Origin: a virus
Virus record (IMG/VR): IMGVR_UViG_3300046514_000338
Coordinates: 10,937 to 74,936 of that record
Strand: one strand, 5' to 3'
DNA length: 64,000 nucleotides
A program made the translations under genes and the position numbers. Below, in pieces: positions 1-8,893 of this stretch. How positions within the stretch are numbered: position 1 is the stretch's first letter; every line of letters starts with the position of its first letter. Under the pieces are notes generated by a model, which saw nothing but the letters and a program-made list of their open reading frames with translations, had not been told where the DNA came from and did not search any database.

Positions 1-1
1 T

Positions 2-1888
2 TTAAAAATCAACGGCATCTCCATTATCGTCTTTATAGGGTAAATAAACATAACCATTTGACATTACGGCTGGCAATTTCGAGCCTTGCATTTTTGAAAG
101 TTGCGGGTCACATGGCATCCTACCGCTTTCTTCCGCAAATCTTTTCCTAGCCCACATTAATGTCATAGGGAAGTTGCCAAGTTTCCCACCAGTTCTTTTT
201 CTCTTTACTTTTTGAAGATAAATTTCTACTTCTGGGCTATTTTTATCTTCATGGAATCTTGGCCGGTGATAAGAAATTATTTGGTCTGCCTTATTCCCCC
301 ACATTGCTCCGCCAGCTATATCGTATATGTCAACAACGGGCAACACTTTCCCTTCTTGGTAGGTAGGATTTTTAGGATGAACGATGATATTGTAAACCAA
401 ATTGTTTAAAAGGGCAAAACGCTTAATATCCTTCAACACCTCTGATATATACTGGTCTTCTCTTTGATATGCTTTTTGTAAGTGGTCAAGTTGATTAAAC
501 GGGTCTACCAACACTCCGTCAACACCTTTCTTTAAAACCAAGTACCTAAATTTTTCATTTATTGAATGAATATCATGACCGTCTTCTGGGTAAACATAAA
601 AAATATGTTCACCAATAAATTTTGCGCCCAAAGTATATTCTTCCTCCGACATTTGATTTAACCATTTGCCAACAAACATTTCAATCAGGTCATCATAAAA
701 ATCATTGGCGGGGTAGTTCTCTGGACAAAACACAGCCCACCGCCATCCATCCCAAATACTCTTAGTTAGCATTATTTGTAAAACAAAAAATGTTTTTCCC
801 CAGTTTGCATAGCCGGTAAACAAGTTTATGTCACCTTTCTTCCACCTAAAATATTCATCCATTTCATCAAACCGGCTTGTTGGCGCAAGTTGGATGCCTT
901 TATTAAAATTTTCAAGCATGGACGGGAAAATATCGTCTACATAATAAACCCCTTCTATTGGGATAGGGTCGGCATTATTGATGGAGTTATACACAGCCTC
1001 CTTACCTAAGTATTGCAGCACCTCGTTAAAATCTTTACATCTCCTTTTTAATCCGTTTTGCATCGGGACAACCCCTTCGATGGGATAGTTTATTGTTTTA
1101 CACCTCTCAACTCCAAGCCGCCTAATCAATTCATCTCTCAATATTATCCCCGCCTCATCATCATCTGTGGCGATGATTATTTCGTGAAATCCAACAAACC
1201 AATCAGAGCAATTATCAAGGTACTCCATGCGTTGATTCCCCTTGCTTGCACCATTAGGAACACTAACCACGCACCATTTTGAAAATTCTTCGTTCATTAA
1301 TTCCCCTTCGTCGTTTGCTTTTTGGTCAACCCCAAACCCCGCCTCATACACACTCATGCAATCAATTTCTCCTTCCGTGATGATGCAATATTTTTTTTCA
1401 CCAATAGTATTCAGATTAAAGAAAATTAATTCTGCGTCCTTAACCATCTTAAAACTCTTTCTGCCGTCCCGGTACTTAATGTTGACCATTTCCCCATCCC
1501 TAAAATATGGGAAACAAATACAACTTTCCTCTTTTTGGGTTTGGGGCATCCACTCTTGTTTGCAAAAAATCATAAACTTATCAAGTGTGCTTTTGGAGAT
1601 ACCCCTACTAGCAAACCAAGACACCACAGCCGCTTTAAGGCTTAAATTTCGTAGTACATCTTGTGGTGGCTTCTCGTACTTCTTTTTATCCAATCGCCTT
1701 TCCTTACTTCTTACATTCCCCTTAAAGCCGCAATTATGACAATTATACTCCCCAGTGGTGATGTTTACCGAAAGTGGTTTATCGTTTTTATTCTTCCTTC
1801 CGTCAGAGCATTGCGGGCATTTTGTTTTCTCATTTCCCATCCGGCGGCTGAGTTTAATTCCTAGGTCTGATAACTTGTCGTAGTACAT
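2..1888 (-). CDS. DNA primase-helicase (T7 gp4/Twinkle-like: Zn finger, TOPRIM, SF4 helicase)
   Basis: CPQC...CHNC zinc finger; TOPRIM motifs ITEGEIDCMS and DDDEAG; Walker A GYANWGKT; Walker B VLVDPFNQLD; later helicase motifs HP and IAGG. Confidence 0.92.
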   Translation of the reverse strand: MYYDKLSDLGIKLSRRMGNEKTKCPQCSDGRKNKNDKPLSVNITTGEYNCHNCGFKGNVRSKERRLDKKKYEKPPQDVLRNLSLKAAVVSWFASRGISKSTLDKFMIFCKQEWMPQTQKEESCICFPYFRDGEMVNIKYRDGRKSFKMVKDAELIFFNLNTIGEKKYCIITEGEIDCMSVYEAGFGVDQKANDEGELMNEEFSKWCVVSVPNGASKGNQRMEYLDNCSDWFVGFHEIIIATDDDEAGIILRDELIRRLGVERCKTINYPIEGVVPMQNGLKRRCKDFNEVLQYLGKEAVYNSINNADPIPIEGVYYVDDIFPSMLENFNKGIQLAPTSRFDEMDEYFRWKKGDINLFTGYANWGKTFFVLQIMLTKSIWDGWRWAVFCPENYPANDFYDDLIEMFVGKWLNQMSEEEYTLGAKFIGEHIFYVYPEDGHDIHSINEKFRYLVLKKGVDGVLVDPFNQLDHLQKAYQREDQYISEVLKDIKRFALLNNLVYNIIVHPKNPTYQEGKVLPVVDIYDIAGGAMWGNKADQIISYHRPRFHEDKNSPEVEIYLQKVKRKRTGGKLGNFPMTLMWARKRFAEESGRMPCDPQLSKMQGSKLPAVMSNGYVYLPYKDDNGDAVDF

Positions 1889-1945
1889 TGTTCGTTTTTA
1901 AAGAAAAAAAGAAAAAAGTAACAAAAAAGAAATAAAAGAAATACA

Positions 1946-2347
1946 CTATACCTTATCCTTATCCTTGACCCTATCCTTGACCACCCTTAGTCCTCTAATT
2001 GAGGACAACTTGACCTCAACCTTATCATATATCTTCGCAATACTCTCGTGTAGCCTATTATTACCATTAAAATTGTCTCCGTACTGAAACGTGAAAAATT
2101 CCTCTATTAGCCAACAACTTCCATTCACCTTGCGTAATCTTTTTTTGCCTTTGTTAAATAACTCAAACGCTAAATCACTATCTATTTTAACACCATGCAA
2201 TTGATTGAAAGTCTTTGTATTTACCTTAAACATTCCAGCATGGTCACACTTATCTTTCATATAAAACCAAAAAAACTTATATGCTAGTGGCATCTCTATA
2301 AACCAATCTTCTTCCCAAATTTCTGTTGACGTAAATCTTTTAGCCAT
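1946..2347 (-). CDS. Putative phage replication initiator / replisome organiser (N-terminal wHTH-like domain)
   Basis: MAKRFT..EIW...WF...K.FWFY..D.CDHAG N-terminus and KDKDK tail, both typical of phage replication proteins; directly upstream of the primase-helicase. Confidence 0.6.
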   Translation of the reverse strand: MAKRFTSTEIWEEDWFIEMPLAYKFFWFYMKDKCDHAGMFKVNTKTFNQLHGVKIDSDLAFELFNKGKKRLRKVNGSCWLIEEFFTFQYGDNFNGNNRLHESIAKIYDKVEVKLSSIRGLRVVKDRVKDKDKV

Positions 2348-2376
2348 TTCAAAATGATATGGATATAGCGGTTAAT

Positions 2377-2412
2377 AAAAAACAGAAAGCCCGGTCAAAT
2401 TAATGACCGAGC
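2377..2412 (-). terminator. Intrinsic terminator in the leader of the replication genes
   Basis: Minus strand GCTCGGTCA-TTAATT-TGACCGGGC followed by TTTCTGTTTTTT. Confidence 0.65.
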
Positions 2413-2521
2413 CTCCGCACCTTTAAGCAAAAAATGTTTATTAAACGATATTGGCCGCAATATACGGCAAAAAAATCATAGTATGAGAAATTAAAAATCA
2501 TTGTTTGCTTAAAAGGTGTTA

Positions 2522-2554
2522 CAAACTTAATATAATCTATGTGGCATTTCCAAA
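2522..2554 (-). promoter_or_regulatory. Bacteroidota housekeeping-sigma promoter
   Basis: TTTG - 21 nt - TAAGTTTG (-33/-7 consensus). Confidence 0.6.
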
Positions 2555-2588
2555 TTTAGTTTTCAACATATATCATACTTCAAGTGTT

Positions 2589-2825
2589 TTATTGTTCGGT
2601 TGATTGTGGTTTTATTGTTTTTTTTGCTTTATTCCACTCTGCTATTCCTCTCAACGCCGCATTGGTTTCATTAATTTCTTTATGCAATTTGGGTATATCT
2701 TTCAATGAAAAATCTTTTTTCTTACCAGCGAATGAGTTAGGATTATCGGCATAAATAGTAATAGATAAAATCCTATTCTCTAATTGATTTAGGCGATCAT
2801 AAAGAAAGTTTGTCAATGCGCTCAT
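2589..2825 (-). CDS. Hypothetical protein
   Basis: ORF in a tightly packed operon; start MSALTN overlaps the upstream stop (ATGA). Confidence 0.5.
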   Translation of the reverse strand: MSALTNFLYDRLNQLENRILSITIYADNPNSFAGKKKDFSLKDIPKLHKEINETNAALRGIAEWNKAKKTIKPQSTEQ

Positions 2826-3028
2826 TGTTCCTGTTTTTGATTTTTCATTTCCTCTGGTTGGAGTATTTTCATCCAATGGGTTGCGGGTATGATTGAGTTC
2901 AATCGTAAAATTCTCAACGAAAATCTACCCCAATTACCATTAGAAAATTTAAAAAGCACATCCTCATCCAATTCTGGCAAAGGGTTTCCTTCTTTTATCT
3001 CTATCCAAGTAAAGGGGGGAATGTTCAT
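2822..3028 (-). CDS. DUF551-like small phage protein
   Basis: WI....LPE....VL...THWM pattern; ATGA coupling. Confidence 0.5.
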   Translation of the reverse strand: MNIPPFTWIEIKEGNPLPELDEDVLFKFSNGNWGRFSLRILRLNSIIPATHWMKILQPEEMKNQKQEQ

Positions 3029-3222
3029 GGTTGTTGCTTTTTTAGTGATTGCCAATTATCGTAACCTTCGCAATTAACGATTCCAGATATTGAAATTATT
3101 TCCTCAGCCGACAAACATCTTTCTTTCCAATATTTAGCCTTTGATGTTTTTCTGCCTATATAAATTCCAGCGGCGAAGCCATAAACAATAGTGAATATTA
3201 CGGCCATTTCAATAGTTGTCAT
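3025..3222 (-). CDS. Hypothetical membrane-anchored protein
   Basis: N-terminal hydrophobic helix; coupled to the next gene. Confidence 0.5.
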   Translation of the reverse strand: MTTIEMAVIFTIVYGFAAGIYIGRKTSKAKYWKERCLSAEEIISISGIVNCEGYDNWQSLKKQQP

Positions 3223-3276
3223 GGTTTACTGTTTTGATTGTTTGCTTGAATTGTTTTTTGGGGCACGGATTAAAGA

Positions 3277-3495
3277 TTAATTGGCCGGAACCGCATCGGG
3301 AACGGGAAGCCTTGCAATTCTTTCCAGTAAGCATTGGCTATAGGTTAGCATTGCCTGTGATTGAATGTTCAGTATGGTTATCTGAACCGAATCAATAGTG
3401 TCGATCTTCTCACTTTCAAGAAATGCTACAAGTTTTGTCCGGCGGTCATCAAGTTGTGCCTTTTCTTCTAAAAGGCGGTCTCTAAAGTTTGACAT
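3277..3495 (-). CDS. crAss001_48-like small coiled-coil phage protein
   Basis: RLLEEKAQL..R..KL.AFL...L..Q..AM..Y...L..RI pattern, recognised from memory. Confidence 0.6.
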   Translation of the reverse strand: MSNFRDRLLEEKAQLDDRRTKLVAFLESEKIDTIDSVQITILNIQSQAMLTYSQCLLERIARLPVPDAVPAN

Positions 3496-3518
3496 ATTAT
3501 TTTATTTTAAATTGTTAC

Positions 3519-4157
3519 TTACTTTGATTGTTTGAAAATTTGGTATAGTTCGGGTATGGAATAATCAGCCTTGTATTCTGGCAAATCGGTTTCCCACGTA
3601 TATTTATCGGCCGGGTCATCATATACTTCATGACAGTGTTTTTCGATAAACAATCCAAACTCTATTGCTTCCTCTTGGGTGGCTTCCTGAATAGTATTTT
3701 CATTTAGTAATTCAATAAGTTTTTTGGCGTTGTCTGCGTAATGATCTTCGTTCCAGTTTTGGTGTGAATATTTTTCATGGATAGCCAATAGCCCCCGTAA
3801 AACATAAATGATTTTTTCTTTATCAATATTTTGGGTGGCTTCCTTTGCTGGATAATATTTTGGAATAATCTTCGCCCCGCCGCATACATCGCAAATACCA
3901 AGACCACCACTCACCAAAGTAGTTCCTGTTGACCTAAACGGGAAGTAAACATCTCCAACGCCATTACATTTCGGACAAAGTTGATATTCGATTCCTTCCT
4001 TTACTGCGGGTTGGGATGAATTAAAATATTGCTCTATTTTTTTTATTTGAGGTTCGCTAAAATGTTCTCCGTTTACAAGGATAGTCAACTCCTGCCGCCC
4101 ATCTTGATTTCTTCCTTCAAAAACGTAAACCTTCGGTTCTCTTTCTGTATTGCTCAT
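3519..4157 (-). CDS. Hypothetical mosaic protein with DnaJ-like Zn finger
   Basis: CPKCNGVG...CDVCGGAK; start chosen at MSNTERE, just after the upstream stop. Confidence 0.55.
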   Translation of the reverse strand: MSNTEREPKVYVFEGRNQDGRQELTILVNGEHFSEPQIKKIEQYFNSSQPAVKEGIEYQLCPKCNGVGDVYFPFRSTGTTLVSGGLGICDVCGGAKIIPKYYPAKEATQNIDKEKIIYVLRGLLAIHEKYSHQNWNEDHYADNAKKLIELLNENTIQEATQEEAIEFGLFIEKHCHEVYDDPADKYTWETDLPEYKADYSIPELYQIFKQSK

Positions 4158-4167
4158 AAAATAGGTA

Positions 4168-4464
4168 TTAAAGATTGTTTTCGTTTTTGAATGCGGAAAA
4201 CGTTTCATGTTTATAGTAGCCGCCGTCAATTTCAAGTGCATCTCTCGATAAATCATAAGACTTATTCCATGCTTTTTTAATCAATTCTTTCAGTCTCACT
4301 ATCTCTGCATCTTTATCTTCTGAAGTAGGGGAAGGGGCTGCAAGAAAATTATCAATATCATTAATACACTCCTGTACGTGCCGATATAATTGGCCGTGAT
4401 TCCCCTCCGTGACGTTTAATTTCTTTCTGATTGCCATTAACGCTTCTATTTCTGTATTGCTCAT
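4168..4464 (-). CDS. Hypothetical protein
   Basis: Start MSNTEIE; shares modules with neighbouring genes. Confidence 0.55.
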   Translation of the reverse strand: MSNTEIEALMAIRKKLNVTEGNHGQLYRHVQECINDIDNFLAAPSPTSEDKDAEIVRLKELIKKAWNKSYDLSRDALEIDGGYYKHETFSAFKNENNL

Positions 4465-4475
4465 GGTAATAGTTT

Positions 4476-4985
4476 TTAAAGATTGTTTAGTTTTGAATAT
4501 TCGTACCACTCTTCTTCAACTTCTTCATTTATACTTTGTGTGCTTCGGGCGTCATCCTCACTAGCATTGCTTAACTCAAAAGAAAGCGATATATATACAC
4601 TCTTCAATAATCCTTTCAATCTCTCAATCTCTGCATCTTGCTCTTTAAACTTATCTAGAATTGCATCGAATAGTGGCTGATTCGGCTCTCCAATATCGTT
4701 CCTACCAAAAATAAACTCCCTAACTTTATCAGTTGTCTCCCGATAAAACTCTACCTTCTTTTTATACAAATCAAGTTCTGCATCTTTATCTTGAATGGAT
4801 GGAGGGAGTTCGATAAGATATTCTTTGATTGACCATCTATGAAAATGTTTAGGCCACACCGTCCCCATTGCTCCGCCTTCCATTATTACAAAGTATGGTA
4901 ATGCCTTTTCGGGGGGCACATTTCCATCATATTTTACTGCTCTATAGAGTTTTTCACTTGTGCCCGATTGGTTGTTGTTTTCCAT
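4476..4985 (-). CDS. Hypothetical protein
   Basis: 169 aa ORF in operon; coiled-coil segments. Confidence 0.6.
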   Translation of the reverse strand: MENNNQSGTSEKLYRAVKYDGNVPPEKALPYFVIMEGGAMGTVWPKHFHRWSIKEYLIELPPSIQDKDAELDLYKKKVEFYRETTDKVREFIFGRNDIGEPNQPLFDAILDKFKEQDAEIERLKGLLKSVYISLSFELSNASEDDARSTQSINEEVEEEWYEYSKLNNL

Positions 4986-5214
4986 GAGTTTTAGTTTTAA
5001 GCCCTTTTCTTGCTGGTGAATTTGGCGTTGTCATTACTAAGATTTCTTTCACTTCCGCCTGAAACATTCTGATAGCATCCGCCCTAAATCGGCCATAGGC
5101 CGAAAGATTATATTTTGCTGAATAAATAATCCACATATCAGTGGCCTTGTCCTTAAATTCAATCGCCTTAATAGGGACATTTATTTCAACGCTGGTTCGT
5201 TTCTTATCTGACAT
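4954..5214 (-). CDS. Hypothetical protein (weak HicB N-terminal-like pattern)
   Basis: W.IYS...NL.AYG....A...F pattern. Confidence 0.45.
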   Translation of the reverse strand: MSDKKRTSVEINVPIKAIEFKDKATDMWIIYSAKYNLSAYGRFRADAIRMFQAEVKEILVMTTPNSPARKGLKTKTHGKQQPIGHK

Positions 5215-5217
5215 AGC

Positions 5218-5460
5218 TTATGGGGTTTGCATTGCTGCTTTTAAAACATCAATTTGTTTCTGCTGCTGTTCGATAACCCGCCACATTGACTTTGCAATAT
5301 CATCAAACCACCACACGGGAATATTCGCTTCGAAATGAATTTCTGACCCCTTCTCGGTTTTACCTCTTAGTTCAAGTGTTGCATTATTTGTTACACGCCA
5401 ACCGCCAAGTCGGAAATCAAAAACTTCTTCTAATTTATATTTTCGTATTTTATTTGCCAT
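5218..5460 (-). CDS. Hypothetical protein
   Basis: ORF in operon; start MANKIR. Confidence 0.5.
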   Translation of the reverse strand: MANKIRKYKLEEVFDFRLGGWRVTNNATLELRGKTEKGSEIHFEANIPVWWFDDIAKSMWRVIEQQQKQIDVLKAAMQTP

Positions 5461-5479
5461 GATGCTTATGGGGTTTAAT

Positions 5480-5746
5480 TTATTTAAATGCTCCTTTTGC
5501 CGAATCAATTTTTGGGTCGCCTAAATCAGGCTGCTTTGGAGTAATATCTTTATAGGTTTTGGCCGCTTCTTTCAAAGCATCAATTAACCATTTGTCCTTT
5601 CGAAATTTCTCTCTCCATTTAGACCGCAAAAAGATAACATCGGGTATATCACCCATCGCAAAAGTGTAAATATCTTTTAGCAGCCTATCCCGTTCTCCCT
5701 GCATCTTTGCAAATGCAGCCCGTGAAACATAAGTTCCTTTTTTCAT
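5480..5746 (-). CDS. Hypothetical protein
   Basis: 88 aa ORF abutting the upstream stop. Confidence 0.55.
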   Translation of the reverse strand: MKKGTYVSRAAFAKMQGERDRLLKDIYTFAMGDIPDVIFLRSKWREKFRKDKWLIDALKEAAKTYKDITPKQPDLGDPKIDSAKGAFK

Positions 5747-5747
5747 C

Positions 5748-6410
5748 TTACGTGGTTTTAGTTTCTTTGGATAATAGTTCTGGGGTTTCGTAAATATTGC
5801 CGATTATTAATTTGTAGATGCTGTATGTTTCGCCGTCGTTAATTGGACTACCGTCTGAAAATTGAAACTGGCAAGTGTCATCATTCCATTCAACCCACAA
5901 AATGTTACCATTCAAAAACCGAATTAAGTCTCCTTCGTAAATTTCTTTATTGCTGTCATCCTTTAGGCCAGTAAAGGTTCCCCGGTATTCAAATTTTCCG
6001 CGTCTGAACGTTTTTGAGATAAGCTGACCCAGCGTAAAGACTGTTGTTATATTTCTATCCTTATCATATAGCCTGAACTTTTTTTCATCGAAGATGGGTG
6101 ATGTGCTAATAAATGCTCCGTTCTGATTCCTTTCACCCAAATGACCAACAGCATGATCCTTTGGATTAGTTAGTTTAAGGTTTTCAATGCGGTTATCGTC
6201 TCGAATCTCATTAATGTGATGAACAAGTTCTTTTCTCGGGACTAAATATCTGCCCAACTGATTCTCTACTATCAATCTATGCTCCATTAAATACCCCCTT
6301 TTGTTGGCATGGGGATGGTATGATACCTTTCTCAACTGATAGCCATTTTCTTTATAGCCAAGAGTTTTATCTCCGTCCCATGCCCTGAATTTTATTTCTC
6401 GCTGTTCCAT
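5748..6410 (-). CDS. YopX-family protein carrying an in-frame HNH endonuclease domain
   Basis: YopX motifs [22 protein letters not shown] and IGNIYE.PELL; HNH motifs EHRLIVE and [16 protein letters not shown]. Confidence 0.8.
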   Translation of the reverse strand: MEQREIKFRAWDGDKTLGYKENGYQLRKVSYHPHANKRGYLMEHRLIVENQLGRYLVPRKELVHHINEIRDDNRIENLKLTNPKDHAVGHLGERNQNGAFISTSPIFDEKKFRLYDKDRNITTVFTLGQLISKTFRRGKFEYRGTFTGLKDDSNKEIYEGDLIRFLNGNILWVEWNDDTCQFQFSDGSPINDGETYSIYKLIIGNIYETPELLSKETKTT

Positions 6411-6411
6411 A

Positions 6412-6849
6412 TTACTTACTTTTAGTTTCGTGATCAGAAAGGATAATATCTATTTGTGTCTGGCTGCATACTTCCAATACCTTTATTCTCAATACACCAA
6501 TATCTATTTTCAACCTCTCATTTCTATCCTTTAGTGATTGTAGTTCGGTTTCTTTTTTAATTAATAGCTGCGTTAAATCAGAGCATCGCTTAGACCATTT
6601 CTCTGACCTTGTTTTCCACGTAAGGGTTTCCGCATCAACGAAATCTTTAATCGCCCTAATTTTACTGCCATGAAGGGACATACCCTTTAATCCAACTATT
6701 AAGTCACTAATCTTGCCAGTAAGGTCGTCCTCAATATTTAAAGTATCTGTCATGGTTGTTAATTTGTTTGTTGATAATATTTTTTCCCTACATAAAAACC
6801 AATTTACCATAGCCTGCGCATATTTTATATATTCATTTTCCTCTGTCAT
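6412..6849 (-). CDS. Hypothetical coiled-coil protein
   Basis: ORF in operon; start uncertain. Confidence 0.5.
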   Translation of the reverse strand: MTEENEYIKYAQAMVNWFLCREKILSTNKLTTMTDTLNIEDDLTGKISDLIVGLKGMSLHGSKIRAIKDFVDAETLTWKTRSEKWSKRCSDLTQLLIKKETELQSLKDRNERLKIDIGVLRIKVLEVCSQTQIDIILSDHETKSK

Positions 6850-6874
6850 GGTTTGTTGTTTACCTGTTGGTGAA

Positions 6875-7180
6875 TTAAATTGTTTTGCTATCGCCTGTAC
6901 TACTATCATCGCCTGTTGTGTCACTCACTTGTACGTTCTGTTCGCTATTCAGCATTTTGAAACAAGGGCAAGTAGCGCAATATTCAGGCGAAATATTTGT
7001 CCTTAATCCATTTGGCTCATTGTCGGTAAGTGACCAGCAACCCATTACACCCATTAATGCATCCGGATAACTGCACCATGTCGGCTGAGAATAATTATCA
7101 ATGACAAACTGAGTAGTAACTTTCCTTTCAACAAGGCCATCAATTTCCGATTGCGATATTTCGTGCCAAAATGGTTTCAT
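6875..7180 (-). CDS. Hypothetical Cys-rich protein
   Basis: QP.WC.YPDA..G.MGCWSL...C..C.C. Confidence 0.55.
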   Translation of the reverse strand: MKPFWHEISQSEIDGLVERKVTTQFVIDNYSQPTWCSYPDALMGVMGCWSLTDNEPNGLRTNISPEYCATCPCFKMLNSEQNVQVSDTTGDDSSTGDSKTI

Positions 7181-7191
7181 AACCTATTGTT

Positions 7192-7602
7192 TTAACTGTT
7201 AGGTGTTGCTTTGTCAATTTTATTGTAATGTCTTATAACATAAGATAGCTTGTATCTGAAACTTACGTGGCGTAGTTGCTGAATTATATCTCTTAATTTC
7301 AGTATATCTTCCTTCGGAACTATTTTAACAAGCAAATCAATTAACAAATCATCGTGAACGCAGTGTATTGTTTCCTGAAAACTATCGCCCGTCACGCCTT
7401 CATCCGCATCATCATACATTTTAAGTCGGGTTGCTATTTGGGCGCAATGCTTATGAGTTTTCCAATCATAAAGTGTCCCTTCATGCTTGTGGGTAGATTT
7501 CATGTAAACCTCTCCCACCTTTATTTTTTCACAACAAAAATCACAACGATGCTCTTTTGCTGCCGTTGTCTCCGTAGCATATAATAAAGTTTCAATACTC
7601 AT
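7192..7602 (-). CDS. Hypothetical Zn-finger phage protein
   Basis: A.KEH.CDFC...I..GE.Y and WKTH.HC. Confidence 0.65.
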   Translation of the reverse strand: MSIETLLYATETTAAKEHRCDFCCEKIKVGEVYMKSTHKHEGTLYDWKTHKHCAQIATRLKMYDDADEGVTGDSFQETIHCVHDDLLIDLLVKIVPKEDILKLRDIIQQLRHVSFRYKLSYVIRHYNKIDKATPNS

Positions 7603-7627
7603 GTTGCTTTGTTTTATTTACTAGGTT

Positions 7628-7990
7628 TGGCGGTGTGGGGAGCCGTTCGGCGTTCCTTCCTATTTCATCCGTTGCAACGGAATCATTCAACTCCCCCACT
7701 ACCATAAAATAATTTATTCCGCCACTACACCCAATCACAGTATGTATTTATAAGAGCCTTGAAAAACCCGTCTTTCCGGGTTGTCACGATTTGTATGTCT
7801 GCTCGACAATGGTTTTGCCGCTATTACACCGATGACATTTGGCGGGGACGTCCTACAGCCCGGTAATCCCATTCGTTTTATACGCTGATAATGATTAACG
7901 GCATTATCATTCGAGGTGCACCCCTACGTAGCTGACCGAAAAATATTTTTAAGAACTCATTTCCCCCGTACAGAACTAGCCAGTTATCAA
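7628..7990 (-). ncRNA. Non-coding island of structured RNA-like elements (unidentified)
   Basis: About 400 bp gap in an otherwise dense operon, containing several GC-rich stems (7628-7704, 7765-7782, 7886-7909). Confidence 0.45.
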
Positions 7991-8010
7991 ATCATATACA
8001 TATACCCCAC

Positions 8011-8586
8011 TTACTTTAACAACGCTAGCAACACCTCCGGTATGTTCTTGTTTTCTTTTGGCGGGACTATTGGGTGCAACTTTGTTAAAAACACACCTAC
8101 CACTCGCGGCCAAATTTTCATGGTAGTAGCGTTGTACCAATTTGAATCATAGAACCCGTGGCATCCGCATAAATGACCGCCCCACGATGGAAACAAAACT
8201 ATATGATTATCCCTATTTGACGCAAGAGAGGGGAAGCCGTAATTTTTTTTCTTAGGTAAAATATGAGCCTGACACGCCCGCCAAATTTTTTCATAACCCG
8301 GCGATTTTAACCAATCAGCCCTAAATCCGCATTCAGCACACACCGGCTCAGATACCTCCATGAAATAATCAAACCATTGATTTACTTCTTCTTTCTCGTC
8401 TTGTTTCCCGTGGAACACACCAATCGGCCTAGCTGCATTAACTAAGGCTAGTTGCTCTTTTTCTTCAGCTAACTCAACCTTTCGTTTATCGCTGACCTTT
8501 TTTATTGGCTTCTTTGGCTTTGCCCCGGTAGTTTTTTTCTCTAAGCCTAGTTTTATTCGGCGGTATTGTTCTCTGTCGTATGTCAT
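8011..8586 (-). CDS. HNH-like (NinG/Rap-type) Zn-binding nuclease
   Basis: CAECG...AHILPK...N...L...C.CH motif set; basic N-terminus. Confidence 0.6.
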   Translation of the reverse strand: MTYDREQYRRIKLGLEKKTTGAKPKKPIKKVSDKRKVELAEEKEQLALVNAARPIGVFHGKQDEKEEVNQWFDYFMEVSEPVCAECGFRADWLKSPGYEKIWRACQAHILPKKKNYGFPSLASNRDNHIVLFPSWGGHLCGCHGFYDSNWYNATTMKIWPRVVGVFLTKLHPIVPPKENKNIPEVLLALLK

Positions 8587-8798
8587 TCGGGGTAGAATTG
8601 GTCAATGTTGCGTTTATGCTCTTCTGCAATCTTTACTAATTGTTCTCTAAGGGAGTGTTTTTCTGTAGGGGTTGTCTTTGTGAATTGCAGCAACATATCA
8701 TAGGTTTGGCGATACCCGAAAAGAAGGTCATTAAATCGTTTAAGCGACTCTACACATTTGTATGGCGGTATCACTTCTTGGTTGCTATTCTTTGCCAT
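8583..8798 (-). CDS. Hypothetical protein, first gene of the leftward operon
   Basis: Start MAKNSN after a promoter; ATGA overlap with the next gene. Confidence 0.5.
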   Translation of the reverse strand: MAKNSNQEVIPPYKCVESLKRFNDLLFGYRQTYDMLLQFTKTTPTEKHSLREQLVKIAEEHKRNIDQFYPE

Positions 8799-8819
8799 TG
8801 TGTTTTTGCTTTTGTTGTA

Positions 8820-8890
8820 CGAAGATACATAACATTTAATAACATTTCCAAATATTATTTTGGTGTAATCAACATTTGTATTATTTTTGA
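8820..8890. promoter_or_regulatory. Divergent Bacteroidota-type promoters with AACATTT repeats
   Basis: Minus strand TTTG-21-TATCTTCG (8820-8852); plus strand TTTG-19-TATTTTTG (8860-8890); three AACATTT copies. Confidence 0.55.
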
Positions 8891-8893
8891 CCC

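Noticed and set aside
7628-7704. tRNA gene (77 nt, ends in CCA)
   Set aside because: No T-loop (TTCRA), D-arm or anticodon arm in canonical positions
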